64,000 bases of DNA from a virus (IMGVR_UViG_3300032318_000487:15390-79389); one strand, 5' to 3'; positions 51,814 to 61,782 are shown, counted from the stretch's first letter. The notes: generated by a model from the sequence alone, not told the origin. A program made the numbers and translations.

Positions 51814-53142
51814 TTATGTAAGATTACGTACTCTGAAGATACGATAGTAGATGTTTGCGTTGTTTGCGTTTGTGTTACGTGGAGCAACGGCACCATCACC
51901 AGCAGCGGTAGCAAACGGGTTTGCAACCATGCCGTAACGTGTCTTGAAGCCAATCTTTGGCTGGAATGTATCCTGACCGATTGCACGAACCATCTGTAGT
52001 GGAACGTATGGGCAGTAGAATAGACCAGCATCGTATGGGGAAGTGCCCTTATAACCTACGGTGCAGAGTTCGTCACCGTTGGCTGAACCACCGAAGTATG
52101 GATCGATGTAAACCTTGATACGACCATGGAGAGTACCAGCGAAGGTATTGCCTGTGTCGTCAACGTTTAGATTTGCCTGAAGAGCAGGGGTGTAGTCAAG
52201 AACACCAGCCATCGCAAGAGCTGAAGCAACGTCAGATGATACGATGATGATGTTACCCTTACCGCGACGTGTAGCACGTGCGATTGCGTTAGCTTCACGC
52301 TCAATCTGGAATACTAGACCCTTGAACTTCTCAACTGACCAACGGCCGTTTGAGTCTGTATCAAGATCGAATGTACCAGCTGTTGTAACACCGTACTGAG
52401 CACCAACTGTAGCTGAGCTATAGATTGTGCGAACTACTTCACGGTTGATTTCTGCAAGGATTTCTGTTGACAGAATGTTTGCAAGCTCTGTCTCAGCATC
52501 AAGACCATGAACAGCCTTGAGATCCTGAGCGAGTTCCATTGTGTACTCTGCCTTTAGCGCACGGCTACGGGCTGTAACAGTTACCTTGTCGATAGCGAAA
52601 GCCATTTCAGCGAACTGGTTTGTACTAACGTCGCCAAGAGCTTCAGCTTGTGCAGTTGTCATACCACGGCCGTAACCGAATACGTCGTCATCACTTAGTG
52701 CAAATACTGGGTTTGTGTTTGAGATTGAACCACGAACGTTACCGTTTGCACCGAGAGAGTTTGTACCAGCAAATGCTGTGTTAGCTTCGTTGAATAGAGC
52801 TTCTGTACCTGTCTGTGTTCTATACTTTGAACGCATAGCAAAGATAAGGCCAGTTGGACCTGTCATTGGCTGAACGCCGCAGATATCATATGCAATTAGG
52901 TTTGGAAGGGCACGACGAACCAATGAGATAAGAATTGGATCGTATGCGCTGATGTTGCCACCACCGTAGTTGTTTGTTGGTGCAACTTCGTTAAGCTGAC
53001 GTGACTCTTCAGCCATAGCACGTTCCTGGTTCTCAAGAATCATTGCTGTAACTGCACGACGATAGTTGTCCTTAATTGGATTTAGACCATCGTGGTCAAG
53101 GACTGGTGACCACTTGTTTTCTAGTTGTTCCGTTAGATACAT
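51814..53142 (-). CDS. gp23: major capsid protein
   Basis: KWSPVLDH, DPILISLVRR..PNLIAYD.CGVQPM.GPTGL.FAMR, FQPKIGFKTRYG. Confidence 0.99.
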   Translation of the reverse strand: MYLTEQLENKWSPVLDHDGLNPIKDNYRRAVTAMILENQERAMAEESRQLNEVAPTNNYGGGNISAYDPILISLVRRALPNLIAYDICGVQPMTGPTGLIFAMRSKYRTQTGTEALFNEANTAFAGTNSLGANGNVRGSISNTNPVFALSDDDVFGYGRGMTTAQAEALGDVSTNQFAEMAFAIDKVTVTARSRALKAEYTMELAQDLKAVHGLDAETELANILSTEILAEINREVVRTIYSSATVGAQYGVTTAGTFDLDTDSNGRWSVEKFKGLVFQIEREANAIARATRRGKGNIIIVSSDVASALAMAGVLDYTPALQANLNVDDTGNTFAGTLHGRIKVYIDPYFGGSANGDELCTVGYKGTSPYDAGLFYCPYVPLQMVRAIGQDTFQPKIGFKTRYGMVANPFATAAGDGAVAPRNTNANNANIYYRIFRVRNLT

Positions 53143-53174
53143 TTATTTTCTCCTTTGAAAATTTTAGATATTAC

Positions 53175-53182
53175 TATTTATA
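53175..53182 (-). promoter_or_regulatory. T4-type late promoter TATAAATA
   Basis: Exact T4 late consensus upstream of gp23. Confidence 0.9.
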
Positions 53183-53188
53183 ATTTCT

Positions 53189-54628
53189 TTATCTTGGAAG
53201 TGTTTTTCCTAGAGTTCTTACATAAGCTGCCATTGGACCTGATAGACTCTCATTCAACATGTTTCCAGACAAGTCTACATTGTTCGAGTCTAGAACATTT
53301 TCTGTTCTCACTGAACTATTGAAATAACTCTCTCTTAGAATGTTGATCTTATTTTCATACTCATCGATTGATGAATAGTCGAGTCCTTCAGCAAGAGACT
53401 TTAGCTTCTCTGCCTGTACTTCTGTCAATCCAACACAAGCATTAAATACAATTTCATTCTGTGCTGACTCATTTAAAGCGGTAGTCAGATATACATTTCT
53501 GTCAATTTCTTCGTTTAGCTTGTCTTCAAGAACTGTGACTTTTTCAGCCATTTCTTCTACTACAGAAACCTTATCTTCTGGAATGTCAATGTAGTGTTCA
53601 GCAAATAGATTGCGAAGACCAGAGATAAATTCTTCTGTTAGTTCTGTGCGAAGACCAGCTTCGATAGCAACTTCATTCTCAGATACCCACTGCTCAACAA
53701 CATAGTTTAGATAGTTGTCTACATCTTCAGTGAGACTATTTTGAATTTGTTCAATTTGCTCTTCAAGAGTCTCAGCATATGCTTCTTCAATTGTAGCAAG
53801 TTCTTCTTCTACCTTCTGCTTTACAGCGGCTTCGAAGATTGCAATTGCCTTCATCTTGAAGTCTTCTGATAGTTCTTCACCTGCAAAGAGTGCTTCAATG
53901 TGTTCAGACATATCTACTTCGTAATCATCGAAGTCTTCATCAAGCTCTTCAACATCTTCAGAAACTAGTTCGAAGTTCTCGTCAATTGCTACTGCAATTT
54001 CGTCTTCTGAATAGCCTTCCTTGATCATCTCATTGATGAAATCTTCAAGCTCTTCTGAAATTTCGATCTCTTCTTCCATTTGACCCATGCCACCTTTTTC
54101 AACTTTTCTCTTGAGCATCATGATACCACGATGACGTTTGCGAAGAGTTTCGTCACCCTTCTTATCAGATCCATAAGGATTTACATCTTGGATTTGCTTA
54201 GCAGCTTTTGCTGCATATGAAATCTTATCTTTAGCCTTATCAAGAACTTCATCAACTTGTTCTACTTCTTCCATAACTTCAGCTTGATTCTTTGACTTTT
54301 CAGCAGCTAAAGCACCCCTACGAGACTGTGAAGAACCGCTTGTGTCCTTGCCCATCTTTCCAGCTGCCTTTGCAGATGGTGATGTATCTGTATACTTAAC
54401 AAGTGCTGCACCTAAATCTTCTACACCATTATTTCGTGCCTGAGGTGACATAGCACCAGGATTTGAAAACTGCTTTTCATTGTAACCAGCATTTGGCTTC
54501 AATGAAGACTTTGCAGTTGTCATTGAATGTGCATCACGATCAAACTTTCCAAGCATGTCTGGTGTTACAGAAGAATATGCACCTTCTGACAAAATTTTCT
54601 TTGCTACTTCAGTAAGTGACTTACCCAT
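53189..54628 (-). CDS. gp22: prohead core scaffolding protein
   Basis: LFAGEELSE.FK.KA..IFEAAV, DNYL.YVV.QW, EN..AIE.GL, KL..L.EG. Confidence 0.95.
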   Translation of the reverse strand: MGKSLTEVAKKILSEGAYSSVTPDMLGKFDRDAHSMTTAKSSLKPNAGYNEKQFSNPGAMSPQARNNGVEDLGAALVKYTDTSPSAKAAGKMGKDTSGSSQSRRGALAAEKSKNQAEVMEEVEQVDEVLDKAKDKISYAAKAAKQIQDVNPYGSDKKGDETLRKRHRGIMMLKRKVEKGGMGQMEEEIEISEELEDFINEMIKEGYSEDEIAVAIDENFELVSEDVEELDEDFDDYEVDMSEHIEALFAGEELSEDFKMKAIAIFEAAVKQKVEEELATIEEAYAETLEEQIEQIQNSLTEDVDNYLNYVVEQWVSENEVAIEAGLRTELTEEFISGLRNLFAEHYIDIPEDKVSVVEEMAEKVTVLEDKLNEEIDRNVYLTTALNESAQNEIVFNACVGLTEVQAEKLKSLAEGLDYSSIDEYENKINILRESYFNSSVRTENVLDSNNVDLSGNMLNESLSGPMAAYVRTLGKTLPR

Positions 54629-54653
54629 ATTAGATTACTCCTTTTTTCAGTAT

Positions 54654-54661
54654 TATTTATA
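54654..54661 (-). promoter_or_regulatory. T4-type late promoter TATAAATA
   Basis: Exact consensus upstream of gp22. Confidence 0.9.
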
Positions 54662-54665
54662 TTAT

Positions 54666-55316
54666 TTAAATTTTTGAGATGAAACTTTTCCAAACTTTTA
54701 GAGCAACATCTTCAATCTCATTTCTAGAAGCTTCTTTGATTAGCTTCTTAGCTCTTTCTTGATGGACAGGCATCCATCCTTTAGCTGTTAAAACCCACTC
54801 AGCATCTTCCATAATACCTCTCACGAAAGCATCTGGTGCTGAAGGATCAGCTACAATGTCTGCCGCTGTAGCTAGATGAAAATCATCTTGAACAAGCTGA
54901 AAACCACTTTGTGGTCTAAGAGACCCTACGCCTCTTGTTGACACACCTAAGCTTGCTCCACCATCTAAAAGACTCTTCACAATTTTTCCGTTAGGAGTAT
55001 CTAATATTTTGGCTTTACCAATAAAGTTATTGCCATCTGGATAGAGCTTTGTGATCATGTGTGACACTCTATCTAGATTGATTGTTGGTGAGTCTGGATG
55101 ACCTAGTTCACCAAATGCTCTGTTCTTCTGAACGTAATCTTGATTATATCTTTGTACTTCCTTTGAAAGAACATGCTGAGGATAAACTCTACCGTTTCTG
55201 TTCTTCTTCTCAGCCTGCATGAATATGCCTTCGATTGCATATTCTTTTTCTCCAGTCTTTTCGTTTCTTTCAACTAGATACTGGACTTCTAGTACTTCTT
55301 CTGCTATCAACTTCAA
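54666..55316 (-). CDS. gp21: prohead protease
   Basis: IEGIFMQAE..NRNGR.YP, GELGHP, DRVSH, GVSTRG.GS, D.VADPSAP.AFV; TTG start (LKLIAEE) with GGAG SD inside the upstream ORF. Confidence 0.97.
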   Translation of the reverse strand: MKLIAEEVLEVQYLVERNEKTGEKEYAIEGIFMQAEKKNRNGRVYPQHVLSKEVQRYNQDYVQKNRAFGELGHPDSPTINLDRVSHMITKLYPDGNNFIGKAKILDTPNGKIVKSLLDGGASLGVSTRGVGSLRPQSGFQLVQDDFHLATAADIVADPSAPDAFVRGIMEDAEWVLTAKGWMPVHQERAKKLIKEASRNEIEDVALKVWKSFISKI

Positions 55317-55831
55317 CGTTGTAACTCCTTGCAACTGTCAAAATGCCATCTACTCATCTGTGGTTTTGGTCCCAACTTTTTACAATGAGGGCATTCAACT
55401 TTTTTTCTTCTCTTGGCTTTTTCTGCCATTATAGCTTTCTGATTATCATCAAACTTATATCCGATTCGATGTTGACAGTAACTCAAACCTAGCTTTTCAG
55501 CATTTTCGCGTCTTTTTTCGACAAAACATTTACGATCTATTCTTTGATTCCAATCTGGAAGACCACCACCTTGACCTCCAGGCTTTAGATTAAGACATTT
55601 AGAATCTTTTAATGTTTCTAATGTTACAAGTTTTGACTCAATAAGTAGAGCTTTCTCATAAGTGTTACAAAACTGAACTATCTCTCGAACGAAATCACTA
55701 GGATGTTTGTTATATTTAGCTCTAAATTTCTTTCCTGATCCAATGTATCCGTCATCAGGTGTTCCTTTATGGACACCGATGTAGTATTCATCTGTTATAA
55801 TGTTAGTCCATCGATAAATGAAAGACTTCAT
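55313..55831 (-). CDS. GIY-YIG (Seg-like) homing endonuclease with C-terminal CxxC/HFD.C domain
   Basis: FIYRWTN....YYIGVH, Y.GSG, NL..GG.GG, CPHC...G....M.RWHFD.CK. Confidence 0.88.
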   Translation of the reverse strand: MKSFIYRWTNIITDEYYIGVHKGTPDDGYIGSGKKFRAKYNKHPSDFVREIVQFCNTYEKALLIESKLVTLETLKDSKCLNLKPGGQGGGLPDWNQRIDRKCFVEKRRENAEKLGLSYCQHRIGYKFDDNQKAIMAEKAKRRKKVECPHCKKLGPKPQMSRWHFDSCKELQR

Positions 55832-56703
55832 AGTCCTAATCTCTGTCTCTTCATAAGCGACATCTTGCGCTTACGAAGTGTCTGTGATTTTTTTGCTTTT
55901 GATTTTCTTGCAGCCTTCATAGCACCAAGCTTACGACGGCGACGTTCGGCTGCTGACATTCTCTCTAGTTTACCACCACGAAATGTCATACCAGGAACAC
56001 CAGAAACTTTTTGGCGACGCTGAATCTTACCACCACGAACACGAAGATTTACGATATTAACACGAGATTCTTCAAGAGTTTCTTCTTTATCACCTTCCAT
56101 ATAATCCGCAACAGCATTCATGTAGTCTGCTGCTTTTGTAATCTTTGATTGAGTCCAAGCTTCAAGTTCTTTATTACCTTTAATCTTAGACATTATGATC
56201 TTAGCGTCTTTTGTGATAGCTTGAAGCTCAGAACGAGCCATAGAACTTTCTTCTGATGCATCTTCTGACATTCTATTCTTTAGAGCACCGGCATGTCTCT
56301 GCTTATATATACCATGTGTTTCTTTAGTTCCGCCTTTTTTAGTTCGTGCTGAGGCGGCGTCTTCCATGGTCTTATATGTACCAACAACTTCTTTTGTTTT
56401 CTTATCTTTGAGAACGAAAGAATGTTCTTCTTCTAGACTCTGATTAGCTCTTGCTATTGGTGTCTTAAGTTCCATTGACTTTCTAGAAACTTTCAGTAAG
56501 CTCTCATCTACATCATCTTCAGCTAGACCTCTGTATAGCTTTTTTACAGAAGATAATCTACCTTCACCGCTATACATTTCAGCCATAATCATCTTCTTTT
56601 TTTCTGTTAGCTTCTTCTCTACGATATTTGTAACTCTATCTTCAAGAAGCTCACTTGCTGTTGAAAAATCTTTATTGATGATTGATTCTATGATTTTTGT
56701 CAT
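55828..56703 (-). CDS. prohead core-type protein (gp67/gp68-like modules)
   Basis: N-terminal II.K.F..A..L, LEAWTQSKITKAADY module, basic C-terminal VRGGKIQRR...RR.LG module; many (L/V/M)xE sites. Confidence 0.7.
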   Translation of the reverse strand: MTKIIESIINKDFSTASELLEDRVTNIVEKKLTEKKKMIMAEMYSGEGRLSSVKKLYRGLAEDDVDESLLKVSRKSMELKTPIARANQSLEEEHSFVLKDKKTKEVVGTYKTMEDAASARTKKGGTKETHGIYKQRHAGALKNRMSEDASEESSMARSELQAITKDAKIIMSKIKGNKELEAWTQSKITKAADYMNAVADYMEGDKEETLEESRVNIVNLRVRGGKIQRRQKVSGVPGMTFRGGKLERMSAAERRRRKLGAMKAARKSKAKKSQTLRKRKMSLMKRQRLGL

Positions 56704-57206
56704 GGTGCTGCTGATCCTCTATTGAAAGCGACTGGATCAGCGGTCTGTCCTGCGTCGTAATCTCTTGAATCTTTTCTAATATCAATGAAAAATGTCATTG
56801 CTGAGTTTGCATTTAGCCCCTTAGTAGAGATGAGAACATCACCTGTAGGACTTGCTTCTGGGTTTGTGAACACTGCAACATCGCCTGATGTGCTTTGAAA
56901 GTCATAATCGAAACCACCAGAACCGAAAACTACGATCTCACTGTTCGTTGTACCTTCCCACTGAAGTCTTACATAGCCATCAGTGATAGCATTACCAAAA
57001 ATTCTCTTAATGGTTGTTCTGTAGTTGCTTCTTGAATTTGTGTTTCCAGTCATAATGTATCCATTAGTATTTAATGAAAACCTAAGCATGGAAACATCAA
57101 CAAGTCTAGTATTAGCTTCGTTTGTACCATCAGAAACAATAACATACTTGATCAAAGCTCTTTTATTGTTGTCGATGAGATTGTGTTGTCTGATTAAGTT
57201 TGGCAT
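56700..57206 (-). CDS. hypothetical protein in head cluster
   Basis: ORF track; between prohead core genes. Confidence 0.75.
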   Translation of the reverse strand: MPNLIRQHNLIDNNKRALIKYVIVSDGTNEANTRLVDVSMLRFSLNTNGYIMTGNTNSRSNYRTTIKRIFGNAITDGYVRLQWEGTTNSEIVVFGSGGFDYDFQSTSGDVAVFTNPEASPTGDVLISTKGLNANSAMTFFIDIRKDSRDYDAGQTADPVAFNRGSAAP

Positions 57207-57208
57207 TG

Positions 57209-58981
57209 TTATTTTTGTCCTACTGCAAATTCTAAAACTTTTCTGAATGAATCTACATCTTCGTTCAACATAGATTCCATTTTAAACTTGTTTTCTTGCG
57301 ACAAAGACTCATGAAGCTTGATTAGCTTTTCAGCAATCACTTCATTGACTACGACGCTATTTCCATTTATATTTAGTTCAGTTTTACCTTTAACATCATA
57401 CAACTCTCTAACAACATTCTGCTGTTGTGTACCAAAAGGATTCTGTTGCACTGCACGAGTTTGTTTGATGTTCACAGAGTACTCAGGATCAAATCTTGTA
57501 GCTCTTGACTTTGATACTGGCTCGTTACGGAACTCTGGTGCTTTTACAGGCTCACTTATTTTTGAGTACTGTGCCTGAGAACCTGGTCCATCATTATTTC
57601 CTCCAGAATCGTTGCCTCCTGGCAATCTTCCAAAAAGTCTTCTCAATCCTCTTGTGGGTCTTCCTGTTGGCTTAGAGTCTGGCTTTCTAGCTGGAACAGG
57701 TTCTGGCTTATCAGAAGGTTTTGGCTCAGTCTTTGGTTTTGGTGCTTCTGGCCCAGTATCTGGAACTCTATCAGCTGGTTTAGCATCTGGCTTCTTGTTT
57801 TTTGCTGCCCTTTTAAAAAAATCACTGAGAAGTTCAGTCCCTTTTTCAATCGCATTTTTACCAGCACCAGTCCTAGCTGCCGTTCCTACTAGTCTACCTA
57901 AAAACTCATTGATGTTTCGTTTTTTCTCTAGCTTCTCTACAAAACTCTCTCTAAGACCGACTTTCTTTTTGTCAGATAGTCTCTGAGATGACAACTTTCT
58001 GGCACTGGTAGCTGCTTTGTTTCTTTCTTCATCACTCAGTGAAATGTCTTTTGCTTTTTGTTTAAATGACTGTATTGTTGGTTGTCTCTTATTAAGATCA
58101 GCTAACACACTCTTTTGTCTGTTATTAAGCTTTCTATCTTTTTTGTCTAAAGTTGGTGTTGGCACAGGTTCTGGTGCTGAAGCGACAGATGGACTCTCAG
58201 TTCCTTTATTTTCTGAAGGAGTTGATGATCTCTTCTTCTTAGAAAGAACGAATCTTCTTACTGCTGCACCGTGTTTCAGACCTAACTTTGAGAAGAATGG
58301 TAGATTTGTCTTATCGATGTTAGCGTTTTGTGCACCAGCAAGATCAGGTCTATAACCCAACTTCTTTTCCATTGCATCTAGAAGTGCTGGATCTTTTTCT
58401 CTACCTACTGGAATATTCTTAGCGACAAATCGAGACAGATCACCTCGAACTTCTCGACCACGAATTTTCTTTGGTGCTAACTCTTTTGCTGCTCTATTAG
58501 CTATTGCTTCATATCTTTCATTGATACCAATAGCACCAAAAGGTATTGTGACATACTTGTTCAGTGCATCTGAATAGTAAAGAGCTACTTTCTGATTGTC
58601 TGGATAAATGCGAATTGCTTTTCTCTTGAGAATCAGAACTTGCGGCATGTCTTTGTCAGTAGGAAACTTATTACCACCGACAGTTGGATCATACTTGGCA
58701 AGATAGTCTTTAACATCTCTTTTGATTGACTCGTCAAGTTGTTCTGTATCTACCGAGTTTAGTCGTGAATGATTCTCAATCATCAATGACTCAACAACAC
58801 TCTTAAGAATCTTTCTCTCAGAGATAGTGAGCTTTTCTACATCTTTGTTTAAAGCTCTTTCGAAAAAGATAGCCTTATCAGCATCAAGCAAACCATTCTC
58901 ACATAGAGAAGATATCATGCTCTTCTCTTTAGAACTTTCATCGTTATCTTTTCTGATCTGCTTGATGCTCTTCATTTTCAT
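57209..58981 (-). CDS. large Lys/Pro-rich hypothetical, probable internal head protein
   Basis: ORF track; LILKRKAIR.YP..QKVALY module, low-complexity K/P/E tracts, repeated (L/I/V)xE sites. Confidence 0.75.
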   Translation of the reverse strand: MKMKSIKQIRKDNDESSKEKSMISSLCENGLLDADKAIFFERALNKDVEKLTISERKILKSVVESLMIENHSRLNSVDTEQLDESIKRDVKDYLAKYDPTVGGNKFPTDKDMPQVLILKRKAIRIYPDNQKVALYYSDALNKYVTIPFGAIGINERYEAIANRAAKELAPKKIRGREVRGDLSRFVAKNIPVGREKDPALLDAMEKKLGYRPDLAGAQNANIDKTNLPFFSKLGLKHGAAVRRFVLSKKKRSSTPSENKGTESPSVASAPEPVPTPTLDKKDRKLNNRQKSVLADLNKRQPTIQSFKQKAKDISLSDEERNKAATSARKLSSQRLSDKKKVGLRESFVEKLEKKRNINEFLGRLVGTAARTGAGKNAIEKGTELLSDFFKRAAKNKKPDAKPADRVPDTGPEAPKPKTEPKPSDKPEPVPARKPDSKPTGRPTRGLRRLFGRLPGGNDSGGNNDGPGSQAQYSKISEPVKAPEFRNEPVSKSRATRFDPEYSVNIKQTRAVQQNPFGTQQQNVVRELYDVKGKTELNINGNSVVVNEVIAEKLIKLHESLSQENKFKMESMLNEDVDSFRKVLEFAVGQK

Positions 58982-59157
58982 TACTCTTCGTCTTCAGAAT
59001 CTAAGTTATTAAGTTGTCCAAAATAGTTTTCTGCAATCTGGACCTTCTTCTCTTCAAGACTCTGAACTGCTTTTTCAGTAATAGCAACTTTTAGATTCTC
59101 TCTCATAAGATCGAGGTCTTGTTCTAAAATATTCTGTATTGCTTCTCTGATATACAT
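58981..59157 (-). CDS. small acidic prohead core protein (gp67-like, 58 aa; not in ORF track)
   Basis: MYIREAIQNILEQDLDLMRENLKVAITEKAVQSLEEKKVQIAENYF...; AAGGAG SD; position after portal. Confidence 0.7.
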   Translation of the reverse strand: MYIREAIQNILEQDLDLMRENLKVAITEKAVQSLEEKKVQIAENYFGQLNNLDSEDEE

Positions 59158-59184
59158 CAGTTGATACTCCTTAGTCGAATATAC

Positions 59185-60045
59185 TTATTTATTTGTAGTT
59201 TCACAAGTGAAATATAGAACTTCAAGATTGTTATTACCTGTAAACTTGTTACTACCAACAAGCTTTGAAGGACCAGACAATACTTTAATCTTTGATCCTC
59301 TTGGTAAGATAAACTCTGACTCACCAGGTGTAGATGAGAAGTCTTCTACAAACAAGCCTCTTGAGTTTTCTTTAACTTTGATCTGAAGTAGAACAGTCTG
59401 TTGTCTGTTCGATGTCTTACTTACTCTTGAGTTAGTGTTTAACGCAACGTTAGGATTGATTGTTGTTGATCTGAATCCCTTCATTGAAAACACTGTGCCT
59501 GGCAAGAAGTCTGCAACATTGTAGTCACTTCCTAATCCTACATATGTGAAGAACTCTACTGGTGTTCTTGTCTTGTTAAGGGCTGAGTCAAGTGCTGAAA
59601 TAATAGATGGATTATCGTCTCCATCAAACTCAGGTTGTATCTTGTCAGCTTTGATACCAGATGGAAGAGACAACAGAACATCATTCACTTCTGTGTACTT
59701 TTGACCTGTGAAACTTTCGATTGCATCAAGTTCTTCAGGAGTAAACATTTCAGGCTTGTACTGATCAATAAGAACTGCCTGAGTGTTCTGAATATCTGGC
59801 ATCATCTGTTTAACAAATGCACCATAGTCATCTTGTGATTGCTGCTTAAATGAGTTGGTTTTAATTGCTCTATTGAATGGAACAAGACGATCATTCTGAA
59901 CAATATGTGTAACTTGCTGTGTATTTGGATCTTCGTATCTGCCGAATCCAACATACTGAAGACCCATCTTCTGAGCTTGTTCAGCCGCATTTGAAGATGG
60001 TTCTTGTAGAGCAAGATTTAAGTCTTCTGATAGTCTTTTTCTCAT
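59185..60045 (-). CDS. ADP-ribosyltransferase (VIP2/Alt-like fold) in the head gene cluster
   Basis: YT...Y..VN..L, LDSAL, F.STT, E.E.ILPRG; catalytic Arg position reads YVG. Confidence 0.8.
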   Translation of the reverse strand: MRKRLSEDLNLALQEPSSNAAEQAQKMGLQYVGFGRYEDPNTQQVTHIVQNDRLVPFNRAIKTNSFKQQSQDDYGAFVKQMMPDIQNTQAVLIDQYKPEMFTPEELDAIESFTGQKYTEVNDVLLSLPSGIKADKIQPEFDGDDNPSIISALDSALNKTRTPVEFFTYVGLGSDYNVADFLPGTVFSMKGFRSTTINPNVALNTNSRVSKTSNRQQTVLLQIKVKENSRGLFVEDFSSTPGESEFILPRGSKIKVLSGPSKLVGSNKFTGNNNLEVLYFTCETTNK

Positions 60046-61724
60046 CTTAAAAATTCCAATTCGTTAGCTCTCAACTCAAACTTAGAAGGCATCTCTTCAG
60101 TTGTCTCACCTAGATTCTTACCACTATTGTCTACCATTGATTGCTGTGGTGGATTTCCACCTGCTGCTGCCAACTGAGCTTGTGATTGCTGTGGCTGTGG
60201 CTGTTGAAGCTGCTGTTGATCTTGAACAGGATTACCATTCTCATCAACAGCAGGTGCCATAGCTTGTTGTTCTTCGGATATCTGTTTGTTAATTTCTTCA
60301 ATATCTTCGTCAGTCTGCTTGAGAATATTCTTCTTTACCCATTCCATGGAATAATATCTACCGACGAATGGATCAACATACTGCAACAGAAGGATTCTGT
60401 TTGTTATGAGTTCAGCTTCTTTAAGTTCAGTGAAGTTATTATCTTTTTTATAATCGTACCAGATATCTTCTTTGAACTGTTTCCATTCTTCTTCTGTACA
60501 AACTTTCTTTAGAACTAGCTGTACACGCATAAGATCATCAAAGAGTGTAGAGAACTTGTTTCTTAGTCTCTGAACAAACTTAGAAAATTTAAGTTCATCT
60601 CTTGTAATCTCTGTTGACTTACCTAAACTGAAACCTTGTTGTGATTCAAGTCTACCGAGTGGAACACCAAGAGACTTATAAAGCTTTCTTTCAAAATACT
60701 TAACGTCTTCAAGTTCACCTAGATTAGCACCACCTGGTAGAGTAGTGATCTCTGTTCCCTTCGTGCCTTCTCTTCTTGGTAACCAGAAATCTTCAAGCAT
60801 CGATAGATGTTTTCTATCGTCCTTGATCTCACCTGTGCTTGAATCATACACAAGCTTGTTTCTGTACTTGACCATAATATCTCTTAGATATTGTTCGGCC
60901 TTAATAGTTGGCATGTTACCAACGTCAACATAGAACACACGTCTTTCTGGTGCTCTCGATAGTCTGTAGATAACGGTAGCGTCTTCTACCATTCTAAGCT
61001 GATTGAGTGGCTTGATTGCTTTGTGAAGATATGAGAGAACCATTGCTCTCTTACTATCAAGAAGACCTGAGTTGACGTTAACTACAGAGTCTACTGCAAT
61101 CTTTGTACCAAGATTAGAATGTGCCCCGATGATACCTCTTTCATTGTAGAGATAGTACTCACTCATCTTCTTGATGATTTCCATACCAGTCTTGGTGTCT
61201 TTTGACTTTTGTACTTCTCTGATCTTTCTGATACGTCTTGGGTCGATATATCTAAGTTCTTGAATACCTAAAGTTGGTCTTTGTTCGTCGATGATGATAT
61301 GATAGAATAATCTACCATCTATGTACCATCTTCTGAAAATGTCATGACCCATATTACCGAAGTCTAACATTCTCAGAACATGGTCAAATTCATCCCTAAT
61401 CTTACTCTTAATCTTCTCAGGAAGTTTTAGTTCATCTGTGTTTAGCTCAACAGCTTGACCGTTGTCATCATTGACGATAGCTTCGTTGACAACTTCATCA
61501 ATCGCAGTTTCAAGTTCTGGCTGCATAGACATCTCACGATATCGAGTGATAAGCTCAACTTCATTTCTTACAACACCATCAAGATCGACATATGTTCCAT
61601 AATAAGAACCTGATTGAATCGTAACTGCACCATCCTCATTTTGAGGAATGGCAAACGACTTATTAACTTCTTCGTCTTGATTTATTTTTCTGCGGCTAAT
61701 CTCAAAGCCAAAAATTTGAATCAT
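60042..61724 (-). CDS. gp20: portal vertex protein
   Basis: ELI.RYREM, WYIDGR, ELRYIDPR, YRLSRAPERRVFY.DVGN, EDFWLPRR; Gln-rich tail. Confidence 0.99.
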   Translation of the reverse strand: MIQIFGFEISRRKINQDEEVNKSFAIPQNEDGAVTIQSGSYYGTYVDLDGVVRNEVELITRYREMSMQPELETAIDEVVNEAIVNDDNGQAVELNTDELKLPEKIKSKIRDEFDHVLRMLDFGNMGHDIFRRWYIDGRLFYHIIIDEQRPTLGIQELRYIDPRRIRKIREVQKSKDTKTGMEIIKKMSEYYLYNERGIIGAHSNLGTKIAVDSVVNVNSGLLDSKRAMVLSYLHKAIKPLNQLRMVEDATVIYRLSRAPERRVFYVDVGNMPTIKAEQYLRDIMVKYRNKLVYDSSTGEIKDDRKHLSMLEDFWLPRREGTKGTEITTLPGGANLGELEDVKYFERKLYKSLGVPLGRLESQQGFSLGKSTEITRDELKFSKFVQRLRNKFSTLFDDLMRVQLVLKKVCTEEEWKQFKEDIWYDYKKDNNFTELKEAELITNRILLLQYVDPFVGRYYSMEWVKKNILKQTDEDIEEINKQISEEQQAMAPAVDENGNPVQDQQQLQQPQPQQSQAQLAAAGGNPPQQSMVDNSGKNLGETTEEMPSKFELRANELEFLR

Positions 61725-61747
61725 TAAGAAATGCTCTCCTGAGAGGG

Positions 61748-61782
61748 AAGATATGCGGTATCTTTTTCATACCGCATATCTT
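61748..61782. other. 14-bp perfect hairpin between gp19 and gp20
   Basis: AAGATATGCGGTAT-N7-ATACCGCATATCTT; U-tract only on the plus strand. Confidence 0.8.

Noticed and set aside
60042-60260. Gln/Pro-rich portal tail as a separate repeat element
   Set aside because: Low-complexity C-terminal tails are common in T4-like portals; no discrete repeat unit
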